Assembly (NCBI GenBank): GCA_963695185.1 | Contig: CAVOGH010000005.1 | Location: forward strand, 1,621,504 to 1,685,503 | Reading direction: 5' to 3' | Length of the DNA: 64,000 bases | From: an uncultured Gemmatimonadales bacterium | Lineage (GTDB): Bacteria; Gemmatimonadota; Gemmatimonadetes; Gemmatimonadales; GWC2-71-9 | Shown: one piece after another, positions 1-9,669 of the stretch | How positions within the stretch are numbered: position 1 is the stretch's first letter | Layout: each line of letters opens with the position of its first letter | Translations under genes and position numbers: made by a program | The notes under the pieces: model-generated | The model's input: only the letters and a program-made list of their open reading frames with translations | Told to the model about the DNA's origin: nothing | Databases searched by the model: none

Positions 1-1
1 G

Positions 2-265
2 CTTCGCTCCACCGGCACCATCGGCCCAGGGTACCACGATGCCGCGAGCGCGTTCCTCGTGGGACATGGCGTCGCGGCCCGGCAGTCCATCGAGAGCTGC
101 GTGACCTGCCACACCGAGCGGGACTGCCTGCAGTGTCACTCCGCCCAGGGGGGCCGCCGCTTCAACCCGCACGGCCCGGGCTTCGACCCCGAGCGGCTCC
201 GCCGGCGCAACCCGCAGACCTGCGCCGCCTGCCACGGGCGGGCGATTCCCTCCGGCGACGACTAG
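2..265 (+). CDS. multihaem c-type cytochrome, C-terminal fragment (5' end outside window)
   Basis: The frame of ORF 59..265 stays open to the window edge. CVTCH, CLQCH and CAACH haem-binding motifs lie in the last ~70 codons. Confidence 0.7.
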   Translation, partial: LRSTGTIGPGYHDAASAFLVGHGVAARQSIESCVTCHTERDCLQCHSAQGGRRFNPHGPGFDPERLRRRNPQTCAACHGRAIPSGDD

Positions 266-369
266 GCGCGGTGACGGCGCCGCCTCGCCGGCTGGCTCCG
301 ACCGAAAGACAGCGCGGGCGGACCCGGTGAGGGTCCGCCCGCGTCTTGACTATCCGGCGTCGGTCCGGC

Positions 370-796
370 TCAGGCCTGCTTGCCCATCTCCTTGTATTGC
401 GCCTCGTAGCGAGATCCGCACTTGGCCAGCAGGGTGGTGGCCCGGAAGACGCCGTCCCGGCCGAGCCGGCCCTCCACGACGACCTCGATTTCCTGGGCGT
501 CGGTGAAGGTGTCCGGCGCCAGGCCGCGATAGGTGACCGGGTAGGTCTGGGCGCCGTCGGTCACCTGGAACTCGATCGTCTGGGTCGCGGCATCACGCTT
601 GACGGTACCCGGCACGACCTTGGCCTCCATCTTGAGGCCGGTTTCATACAGGCTCGGGATCGCGGGCGACCCGCTGGGCCAGCTCCGACGGCTTCATGGA
701 GTACTGCCCGAATTCCTTCACGCCCTGCGCCATGAGCACCGCGACGCTGGCGACGATGATTCCGGCTCCGAGGAGAAACTTGTGCCCCGCCTTCAT
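370..796 (-). CDS. ccmE: CcmE-like haem chaperone (System I), CxxxY variant; one apparent frameshift
   Basis: An N-terminal TM piece (MKAGHKFLLGAGIIVASVAVLMAQ, ATG at 796) joins ORF 370..630 (VPGTVKRD...VVVEGRL...LLAKCGSRYE). Together they align by eye with E. coli CcmE. The frame changes near 650. Confidence 0.7.
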
Positions 797-836
797 GATT
801 CGCTCCCTGGATTAAGCTGCTACCAATATAGCGTCG

Positions 837-2180
837 TCAGGCCACTTCGCGCCCCTCCCGGGCGGCCTCGGTCAGCTCCTGCCGGCCCATCCTGACCCCG
901 ATGGACTCCAGGAAGGCGTTCGGCGGGGTGCCGCCGGCAAAGACCCAGACGAAGTCGTTGGGCAGCTCCCGGTGGCCCCCAGGCACCTCGAGCGTGACGC
1001 TGTCCGGACGGATCTCGGAGGGCTGGGAGTTGAACAGCACCTCCAGCAGCCCCTTCCGCATGAACTCCCTGATCCGCTGGTCGTTGCGCTGCTTGAGGCG
1101 GGAGAAGACGTCCTTCCGGTAGGACAGGGTCACCTTGTTGCGCCGGTCGTGGGCCAGCCCCATGGCCGCTTCCACCGCGCTGTCTCCTCCGCCGACGATG
1201 AGGATCCGCTGGTCGCGATAGGCCTCCGCGTCCAGGAGGCTGTACATCACCTTGGGGAGCTCCTCCCCGGGGACGCCGAGCTTGCGCGGGGTCCCCCGGC
1301 GCCCGATGGCGAGGATCACGCTCAAGGCCCGGTAACGACCGGCCGTGGTGGTGATTGTGAAGGCATCATCAGGTTCCTTCTGGATGGCCTCCACCCGTTC
1401 CCGGGTCCGGACCTTGAGCCCCGCTTTCTTCGCGTGGCCCGCTGCCAGAACGCGAGCAGTTCCTCCTTGCCGATCTCGAGCTTGTTGAACTTCCCGCTCA
1501 GCGGAAACTCCACCGGGCTGGTCATGACCAGCTTCTGGCGCGGGTACTTGGCAACGGTACCACCGAGGTCCTCGGCCTCGAGCGTCAGGTAGCTCAGCCC
1601 CCGCTCCACCGCCCGCAGTGACGCCGACAGGCCGGCCGGACCCGCCCCGACGATGCACACATCCACGACCTCTCCCACCCGCCGCCGGCGCAGCGCCGGC
1701 AGCCGGCCGGCCAGCAGGTCCACGCAGTCGCGGCCCTGGTTGACGGCGTTCTTGATGAGGGCCAGCCCGCCCAGCTCTCCGACCACGAAGAGATTGCCGA
1801 GGTTGGTCTCGAGCTCGGGCGTAAGCGCCGGCAGGTCGGCACTCATGCTGGGCGGGCGCCATGACGATCTCGATGGCGCCCACCGGGCAGGCATCGGCGC
1901 AGAGCCCGTGGCCGATGCACTTCTCCGGCTGGACCAGGGCGGCCTTGCCGCCCAGCACCGCGAGCACCTCCCCCTCCGGGCAGACGCTCACGCAGGCGCC
2001 ACAGCCGATGCACCAGGTGACATCGATGTGCGGATGCTGGGCCTGGGGGCCGGTGGTCACCAGCTTGGCGTGCTCGGCGGAGATCCGGGCCTTCCGCTCC
2101 CGCCGGCGGAAGCCACGGATCTGCACGACGAGGGAAGCCGCGAGCAGGAGGCCGAAGGCCAGATAGAGCATGCTGTCCAT
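837..2180 (-). CDS. membrane-anchored 2x[4Fe-4S] ferredoxin domain fused to FAD/NAD(P) pyridine-nucleotide-disulfide oxidoreductase; at least 2 frameshifts
   Basis: N-terminal TM helix, then CIGCGACVSVCP and CIGHGLCADACP motifs. ORF 1322..1894 supplies the dinucleotide-binding motif VCIVGAGPAGLSA. The C-terminal part has ILIVGGGDSAVEAA. Confidence 0.7.
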   Translation of the reverse strand: MDSMLYLAFGLLLAASLVVQIRGFRRRERKARISAEHAKLVTTGPQAQHPHIDVTWCIGCGACVSVCPEGEVLAVLGGKAALVQPEKCIGHGLCADACPVGAIEIVMAPAQHECRPAGAYARARDQPRQSLRGRRAGRAGPHQERRQPGPRLRGPAGRPAAGAAPAAGGRGRGCVHRRGGSGRPVGVTAGGGAGAELPDARGRGPRWYRCQVPAPEAGHDQPGGVSAEREVQQARDRQGGTARVLAAGHAKKAGLKVRTRERVEAIQKEPDDAFTITTTAGRYRALSVILAIGRRGTPRKLGVPGEELPKVMYSLLDAEAYRDQRILIVGGGDSAVEAAMGLAHDRRNKVTLSYRKDVFSRLKQRNDQRIREFMRKGLLEVLFNSQPSEIRPDSVTLEVPGGHRELPNDFVWVFAGGTPPNAFLESIGVRMGRQELTEAAREGREVA

Positions 2181-2408
2181 GAGCGTCCTTCATCGGTGTG
2201 CATCGGATCGTTGCAGCTGCAACGCAATGGACCAACAGCCTGGAACGCGTCGTGCGCGCTCTCACATCTTCAAACACCTGTCGACAATAGAATGACTTAC
2301 GCCATCGTGCGCTGTGCCGAATCGCACCGAACTGCTTCTTGCAGTGTGCAGGCGCCGTGCCGCAGTGGCATCGCACATTGGCGAGTCGACCCTCATTCCC
2401 GATACGAC

Positions 2409-3391
2409 ATGTCCCAGATGCAGCAATCAACCGCCCGCAAGAGTTCGCCGTCCATTGCGGCGGGCACACACCCAGTCGCTCAGGATCGGCGGGCCGGCGC
2501 GGCCGCGGCCCCGGCGCGCCCGGGACCGCTCCCTCCGCGGCGTCTCCGCTCGACCATCGGGCTGACGCTGCTGGGCACCTTCGCCGGGCGCGGGGTACTA
2601 CTTCGCCCCGATGGCCGAGCGGGTGCGCTCGCCCCTGCATCCCTGGCTCCGGCCCTCGGGCTACGTGGGGCAGTCGGCCGGGATCCTGGCGCTGCTGATC
2701 TTCCTCTTCCTCTGGCTCTATCCGCTGAGGAAGCGGTTCCGCCGGCTGGCCTTTACCGGCTCCATGGCCCGCTGGCTGGACGTGCACGTGGCGCTGGCGC
2801 TGGTCCTCCCGTTCATCGGCGCCATCCACGCCAGCTGGCGGTTCGAGGGGATCATCGGGCTGGGATTCCTCTCCATGATGATCGTCTGGGCCAGCGGCAT
2901 CGCCGGCCGATACCTCTACGTCCACATCCCCCGCAGCGCGAGCGGCCTCGAGTTGAGCGCCGAGGAGATCGCGGAGGAGCGCCGGGGCCTGCTCGAGGAG
3001 CTCGCCGGGGTGTGCGGGCTGCCGGTCGGCACAGGTCGAGTCCCTGCTCCGCTCCGATCCGTCGCCCTGTGAAGGGCTGGGCTTCGGGCAGACCGCGGTC
3101 CGGATGGTCCGGGACGACGTGGACCGCTGGCGGGCGGCCCGGCGGCTGCGGCGGGTCTGCGCCGAGCGCACTGGGCGGCGGGCGGACTGGACCGGCGACG
3201 CCTGGGCCGGGTGCTGGCACTGGCCCGCCGGGAGATGTCGCTGACCCAGCAGGCCCGGATGCTGGAGGCCGTCCCACCGGATCTTCCGCTTCTGGCACGT
3301 GGTCCATCGCCCGTTCGCGGTCACCGCCCTGGCCGCCGTGCTGGTGCACGTCGGCGTGGTGGTGGCCATGGGCGCGACCTGGTTCTGGTGA
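2409..3391 (+). CDS. polytopic membrane protein with His in TM helices (function unknown); about 4 frameshifts
   Basis: Pieces from ORFs 1653..3524, 2611..3072 and 3211.. give hydrophobic helices, e.g. GILALLIFLFLWLYPL, HVALALVLPFIGAIHASW and FRFWHVVHRPFAVTALAAVLVHVGVVV. The stop TGA at 3389..3391 overlaps the next gene's GTG. Confidence 0.45.
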
Positions 3392-5420
3392 GCGCGTGCC
3401 CCGTCTCGGGAATCCTCCTCATGCTCCTGACCTGCCTCGCGGCCGCACCCCTTCAGGGCCAGATCTCCCCGGGACCCCTGGCCCGGGCCCACCGGACCCT
3501 CGAGGGGACGCGCCAACTGCGTGAAGTGCCACAGCGGAGGCCGCAACGCGCTGTCCGCGCAGTGCGCGTCCTGTCACCGGGACATCGGCTGGCTGGCCGA
3601 GCGGGAGCGCGGCTATCACGGAACCGCGGCGGTCCGGGCCCAGACCTGCGCCAGCTGCCACCCCGATCATGCCGGGAGCCGGCATTCGAGCTGGTGAAGT
3701 GGCCGGAGGGAAGCCCGGAACGGTTCGACCATCGCCGCGCCGGCTGGCCGCTGGAGCAGAGCCACGCCGACGCAAAGTGCGAGCGACTGCCACACCGCGC
3801 AATTCCAGGTAGGGCCCGGCCCGCGCACTGGCGGCCGGGCACGCAGGGCGGTCACTGGACCGGGCTGGAGTCGGGCTGCGCCAGCTGCCACGAGGACATC
3901 CACCGGGGCGCGCTGGGCGCCGACTGCCGTCAGTGCCACGATGCCGGGCGCTGGAAGGTGACGCCCGGGCTTCCGGCACGATACCACCAGCTATCCGCTG
4001 ACGGACAAGCATCGGCACCGTGGCCTGCGACAAGTGCCACCTCACCGCCGCGCTGGCCACCAAACGAGACCCCGCCGGCCATCCCGATTCCGGTCTATCG
4101 CCCGGTGCCACATCGGTCCTGCGCCAGCTGCCACCGGGACCCGCACGCGGGCCGCCTGGGTGAGTCCTGCACCGGGTGCCACACCACCCGAAGCTTCCAG
4201 GAGATCAACCGCGACAACTTCGATCACGACCGCACCCGGTACCCGCTGAAGGGCAAGCACGCCACGACGAAGTGCGCCGCCTGCCACGGCGACTTCTCCA
4301 CCGTGGCTCAGAAGAAGCCGGCCTACGCCACCTGCGCCAGCTGTCACGCCGACGCCCACAACAAGACCGGGACAGCTGGCGGGACAGGTCGAAGACTGCG
4401 GCACCTGCCACACCCTGGACGGCTTCTCCCCGGCCCGCCTGAGCCTGAGCACAGCATGCGCGGACCGCCTACCCGCTGGAGGGCAAGCACGCGCAGGTCC
4501 GCTGCGCCGCCTGCCACGGCAAGACGACCGGCACGCAGGCGGCGCGCTGGGGCAACGCCACGGGTGGTCCTGCAGCCCGCCTCGGCCACGTGCCGGTCCT
4601 GCCATGCCGACGATCACGGCACCCAGCTGGCCACCCGGCCCGATCGGGGAGAGTGCTCCGACCTGTCACACGCTGGCGGGGTGGACGCCCAGCCGATTCG
4701 ATGCCCAGGCCCACGCCCGGCTCAAGCTGCCGCTCGACGGCCGCCATGCGGAGGTTGGGTGCGCGGCCTGCCATGGGCCGTCGCGGCCCGGCCTGCCGCC
4801 GCTGGCCACCGGCCCCGCCATTGGCCGCGCGCAGTTCACCTTCCGGATCGCCGAGGTGGAGTGTGCCGCGTGCCACCAGGACCCTCACAGGTCGCGGTAT
4901 GCACCTGGGGGTGCCCTGCCAGTGGCGGGTGGCTGCGCCGCCTGCCACGACGCGCGGCAGTTCCGGCCCGCCAACGTCGCGGTCGCAGGCGCATGCCGAC
5001 TACGGCTTTGCGCTGGAGGGCGCCCACGGCGCCACGCCCGTGTGGCGGCTGCCACAAGGCCATCACCGCCACCGGAGCGCAGCCGCCCGGCCCTGCTGCG
5101 GCAGGCGGCGGTCCGACCGCTGGTGCTCGAGTCCACCCGCACCTGCGGCGAATGCCACAAGACGCCCCACGGCAGCCAGTTCGACTCGCGAGCCGATCGG
5201 CGGCCGCTGCGAGTCCTGCCACGGTACCGATCGCTTCAAGCCGGCGGACCGCTTCAACCACGACCGCGATGCCAGCTTCCGGCTCGGCGGCGGCCACGAG
5301 CGGGTGCCCTGCAATCGCTGCCACCCCACCGACGCGCCCGATGCCGGCGCTTCCCAGTTGCGATACCGCCCAGTCTCCGGCAAGTGCGAAAGCTGCCACG
5401 CCGGCAAGGAGGTCCGATGA
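3388..5420 (+). CDS. very large multihaem c-type cytochrome (~23 CxxCH by hand count), heavily frameshifted
   Basis: Signal-like N-terminus SGILLMLLTCLAAAPLQG. CxxCH motifs recur every ~25-30 codons but are spread over all three + frames (ORFs 3211.., 4590.., 4604..). Ends ...CESCHAGKEVR, stop at 5418..5420. Confidence 0.7.
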
Positions 5421-6667
5421 GAAACGCTCTGTGCGTCGCGCTGCTGCTCCTGTCGCCGGCCGGGCTCGCCGGTCAGGAGCGCACCCGATCTCCTCACGGC
5501 GAGCTGAGTGTCGCCTGCAACGTCTGTCACCGATCGGATAGCTGGACGGCGGTCCGAGTCGGCGGCAGCGGCGGATTTGACCACGGCCGGACGGGGATGC
5601 CGCTCACCGGCGCCCACGCCTCGGCCAGCTGCCGAGGCTGTCACGAGTCGCTCGACTTCAAGGGAACGGCAAGCACCTGTGCCAGCTGCCACCAGGACAC
5701 CCACCTCGGCGAACTCGGCGCCGACTGCAGCCAGTGCCACTCCACCCGGAGCTTCCTGGATCCCGGCGTCATGACCCGAGCGCATCAGCTCACCCGGTTC
5801 CCGCTGGTCGGCGCCCATCGAGCCGCCGACTGCACCGCGTGCCACTGCGCCCGCCGCCCAGGGACAGTTCCAGTTTGTCGGCCGGGCAACCGACTGCCTG
5901 AGCTGCCACCAGGCGGATTACCAGGGGGCCAGGGACCCCGATCACGCCGGCGGGGGATTCCCGACCGACTGCGCCCAGTGCCATGCCGTCACCGGTGGAA
6001 CCAGGCGCGGTTCAATCACGACCAGGCGGGCTTCCCGCTCACCGGCGCCCATCGGGCCACGCCCTGTGACCAGTGCCACGTCAACAGCCGCTTCACCGGC
6101 ACGCCGTCGGCCTGCGCCAGCTGCCACCAGGCCGACTACGACGGCACGACCGATCCGAACCACGCACAGGCCCAGTTCTCCACCGACTGCGTCGCCTGCC
6201 ACAGTACCACGTCCTGGAGCGGTGCCGCGTTCAATCATGCCCTGAGCGACTTTCCGCTCACCGGGGCACACCGCACCACGCCCTGCGACCAGTGCCATAC
6301 CAGCAACCGCTACACCGGCACCCCGACCGATTGTGCGGCCTGCCACCAGCAGGCCTACGACCAGACCAGCAACCCGGCCCACCAGCCGGCGGGCTTCCCG
6401 ACCGACTGCGCCTCGTGCCACACCACGACGCGCTGGGAGGGGGCCACCTTCGATCACGACGCACGCTTCTTCCGGATCTACAGCGGGAAGCACCGGAACG
6501 AATGGTCCAATTGCGCCACCTGCCACACGGAGGCCGCGGACTTCACCCAGTTCACCTGCCTGACGTGCCACGAGCACAACCAGACCAAGATGAACGACAC
6601 CCACAAGGGCAGGCAGGGATACCAGTACCTCAGCACGGAGTGCCTGCGATGCCATCCCCGGGTGTGA
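5417..6667 (+). CDS. 16-haem c-type cytochrome (doubled-CxxCH / cytochrome c7-like repeats)
   Basis: MRNALCVALLLLSPAGLAGQ signal. Sixteen CxxCH motifs counted. The ATG overlaps the upstream stop (ATGA). Two compensating frameshifts lie at about 5835-6000. Confidence 0.85.
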   Translation: MRNALCVALLLLSPAGLAGQERTRSPHGELSVACNVCHRSDSWTAVRVGGSGGFDHGRTGMPLTGAHASASCRGCHESLDFKGTASTCASCHQDTHLGELGADCSQCHSTRSFLDPGVMTRAHQLTRFPLVGAHRAADCTACHCARRPGTVPVCRPGNRLPELPPGGLPGGQGPRSRRRGIPDRLRPVPCRHRWNQARFNHDQAGFPLTGAHRATPCDQCHVNSRFTGTPSACASCHQADYDGTTDPNHAQAQFSTDCVACHSTTSWSGAAFNHALSDFPLTGAHRTTPCDQCHTSNRYTGTPTDCAACHQQAYDQTSNPAHQPAGFPTDCASCHTTTRWEGATFDHDARFFRIYSGKHRNEWSNCATCHTEAADFTQFTCLTCHEHNQTKMNDTHKGRQGYQYLSTECLRCHPRV

Positions 6668-8259
6668 TGAGGACGGGGCCCCGCCCCGCCTGGCTGCTCG
6701 GCGCGCGCCTCGTCGGGACACTGTTCCTGGGCCTGGTGCCTCGTCCCCGAGGCTACCGGCCAGGCAACGCCGGTCGAGCGCACCGCCAGCGTGGGGTACC
6801 TGGCCGGCCCGACGATCTACGTGAAAGCCGGCCGGGAGGACGGGCTGCGGGATGGGCAGCAGTTGATGGTGGTGCGGGCCGACTCGGTCGTCGCCACCCT
6901 CGTCGTGCAGTTCCTCTCTTCCCGCCAGGCGGCGTGCACCATTCTCAGCGGAACCGTCGAGGTTCGTCGTGGGCGACACAGTCCGATACACCGCCCGGCT
7001 CGACACGCTGCCGGCCCGGGCCAGCGCGGCGCCACGTCCTTCCCGCTCTCGCCGGGGGCCGGGCCTGCACGGACGGGTCGGCGCCCGCTACCTCGTCGCG
7101 GAGGAGGAAGGGCCCGGCGGCGGCTTCCGGCAGCCCTCCCTGGATCTCCGCCTCGATGGCTCGGCGCTGGGCGGGACACCCGTGGGCGCTGGCGCTCGAC
7201 CTCCGCACCCGGCGGACCACCAGCACCCGGGCGGAAGGCGCCAGCGAGGTGGACGGCAACACCCGCGTCTACCGCGCCGCCCTTTCGTACGGTCGCCCAG
7301 GATCACCGCTCGGGCTGACGGTTGGCCGCCAGTACCTCTCCGCCGTCACCGCCGTGAGCCTGTTCGATGGCGGACTGGTGGAATTGCGGTCCCGCCGGGT
7401 GGCGGCCGGCCTGTTCCTCGGCACCGAGCCCACACCCACCCTTGGGGTGAGCGGCAGACGTCCGCGAGGCCGGCGCGTATGTCCAGTGGAGCAACCGGGG
7501 CCGGCGGGCAGCCTTCATGGTCCCTTACTGCCGGCGGCGTAGGTTCGTATCAGGATGGCCGGTCCAACCGGGAGTTCGGTTTCCTGCAGGCCAGCCTGAA
7601 CAGCCGGACGGTCTCGCTGCAGGCGATGCAGGAAATAGATTACTACCGTCCCTGGAAGGTGGACCAGGGCGAGTCGTCGTGGTCCCTCACCAGCAGCTAC
7701 GTGAGCGGCGCCCTGCGGCCGGCGCGGTGGCTCAGCGTCCATGGGGCCTGGGACTCCCGCCGGCGGGTCCGGCTGTACCGGGACGCCACCAACCCGGCGG
7801 TGGCGTTCGACGACGCCTATCGCCAGGGTGTATGGGGTGGCGTCACCCTCCGGGGCGGCAGGGTATGGCTGGGCGGGAGATGCCCGGCGTTCCACCGGGG
7901 GAAGCGCCGGTGAGGCCACCGCGTGGACGACCACCGGAGGGATTGACCGGCTGACGCCGTTGCACCTCAGGCTGAGCGGTCGGGGTACCTGGTACCGGAC
8001 CCCTGCCGTGACCGGGCGGCTGTTCACCGGACGGGTGGCGGTGGAGGTCGCTACTCCGCTGCAGATCGAGCTCCAGGCCGGCACCCGGGTGGAGAACGCC
8101 CGGCTTGAGGGTCCCGCCGACCGGCGCTTTACGTGGTGGGGGGCGGACCTGGACCTGACCCTGGCGAGCTCCTGGTATCTTTCCCTCTCCGGCAACCGGG
8201 AGTACGGGCCGGAGGGTGCAATCACCCAGTGGTACAGCGGCCTCACCTGGCGCTTCTAG
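6667..8259 (+). CDS. putative outer-membrane beta-barrel protein; several frameshifts
   Basis: Start overlaps the cytochrome stop (TGATG) and the N-terminus is signal-like. Alternating-polarity strands throughout (e.g. RVYRAALSYG, WGADLDLTLASSWYLSLSG). C-terminal YSGLTWRF ends in an aromatic residue. Confidence 0.6.
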
Positions 8260-8302
8260 GACCGTGGAACCAGGCCATTTCGCGGGACGGAGAGGTACCG
8301 GT

Positions 8303-8689
8303 ATGACGGACGACAGCGAGCAGCGGGTCCCCTGGATCGCCTCGATCTTTCGGCCGGGCTACAAGGTGGCGCGGCCCACCATCCTGGCGCTTGGCCGCCT
8401 GCTGCGGGGTGAGGCGTCCCGCGACGGCTCTCCCGCGGCGCCTGCGTCCGAGGTATCCAGTAGCGAGGCCATCCCGCTCAGCGCGGTGCCGGGCCTGGCC
8501 GATATCGGCGGGGTGGCCAAGATCGAGACCGAGGACCACGCCGAACTGGGCATCGCCCGGGTGGGGCGGACCAGCTTCGTGGGATTCCGGCTGTCCGACG
8601 CGGAGCTGGAGGAGGTCGCCATTGATTATGACGACCAGACCGGCACTCTCCGCATCAGCGGGGCAGCCCCCAAGCCGCCGGCCATCTGA
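8303..8689 (+). CDS. hypothetical protein
   Basis: ATG inside ORF 8216..8689. The composition is non-repetitive and the acidic C-terminal half looks coding. I recognised no family. Confidence 0.4.
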   Translation: MTDDSEQRVPWIASIFRPGYKVARPTILALGRLLRGEASRDGSPAAPASEVSSSEAIPLSAVPGLADIGGVAKIETEDHAELGIARVGRTSFVGFRLSDAELEEVAIDYDDQTGTLRISGAAPKPPAI

Positions 8690-9669
8690 CCGGCGGCTCC
8701 TGACCTCCGCAGACCATCGGGCTGCACGCCCGCGAGCTCATCGCGCCGAGCAGGAACCCCGCCCCGCTCCCCACCGCATACAGCACGAAGGCCAGCAGGC
8801 TCATCGCCTGGGCCGGCACGATGCGCCGGGTCTCGGCCGGCGGCCTCGCAAGGACCCGCATCGCGCGCGTGGCCGGCACGGCGGCGATCAGACCGATCAG
8901 AATCGTCCCGGGCAGGCCGAACAGCGGCAGGGACAGCGTCAGCAGCAGCGCCGCCGGCCACCACCCCCACAAACAGCCGCCCGCCCCGTTCCCGGCCCAG
9001 GCGCACCACCAGCGTCCGCTTGCCACTCGCCTGGTCGGCGGAGAGGTCGGGAAACTCGTTGGCGAGCAGAAACGCCGCGATGAGGAGCCCAAGCGGGATG
9101 CGAGGCCAGCACCACCGCAGGATCCACTGACCCGCGCTGGACCAGGTAGGTGCCGGAAGCGATCAGCGGGCCGTAGCAGAGGGCGACCACCAGTTCCCCC
9201 CACCCACGGTAGGAGAGCCTGAGCGGCGGGGCGTGGTAGAAGAAGGCCCCGGCCGTGCCCGACCAGCCCGAGCCAGAGCACCTGCTCGGCCCGGAAGACC
9301 GCGAGCACGAGTCCCGCCGCGATGGCGATGACTATAGCCCGTGAGGGCGATCCCCCACGTCTCGCCCCGGCTCAGCAGTCCGTCCACCAGTACCCGCTTC
9401 CCTCCCGAGAAGGGGCTGCGATCTTCCGGCCCGACGGCGAGGTCGGTGCCCGAGTCGAAGTCGAAGATCTCCCCCGACGCGTTCTTGGCTACCTCCAGCG
9501 CGAAGATCCCGGCCACCGTGAGCGCCAGCCAGCCCCAGGCCAGCGGACCGGTGGCGGCCGCGGCGGCGGCGCCGAGGAACATCGAGGCGAAGGAGGCCAG
9601 CGAAATCTTCGGATCCGCCAGCCGCCACAGCCCGGCAGAGAAGCTGCGGCCGGTGGGCGCCCCGGTCAC
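8655..9669 (-). CDS. UbiA-family prenyltransferase (MenA-like); at least 3 frameshifts, 3' end uncertain
   Basis: [25 protein letters not shown] plus multiple TM segments across ORFs 9163..9693, 8939..9190 and 8655..9308. A GTG at 9669 overlaps the glpK stop (GTGA). Confidence 0.6.

Noticed and set aside
4604-6667. A single 687-aa ORF in the track.
   Set aside because: It is a read-through fusion. Its first ~270 codons are one of the frames of the upstream ~23-haem gene. The second gene starts at the internal ATG at 5417 (MRNALCVALLLL signal), right at the upstream stop.
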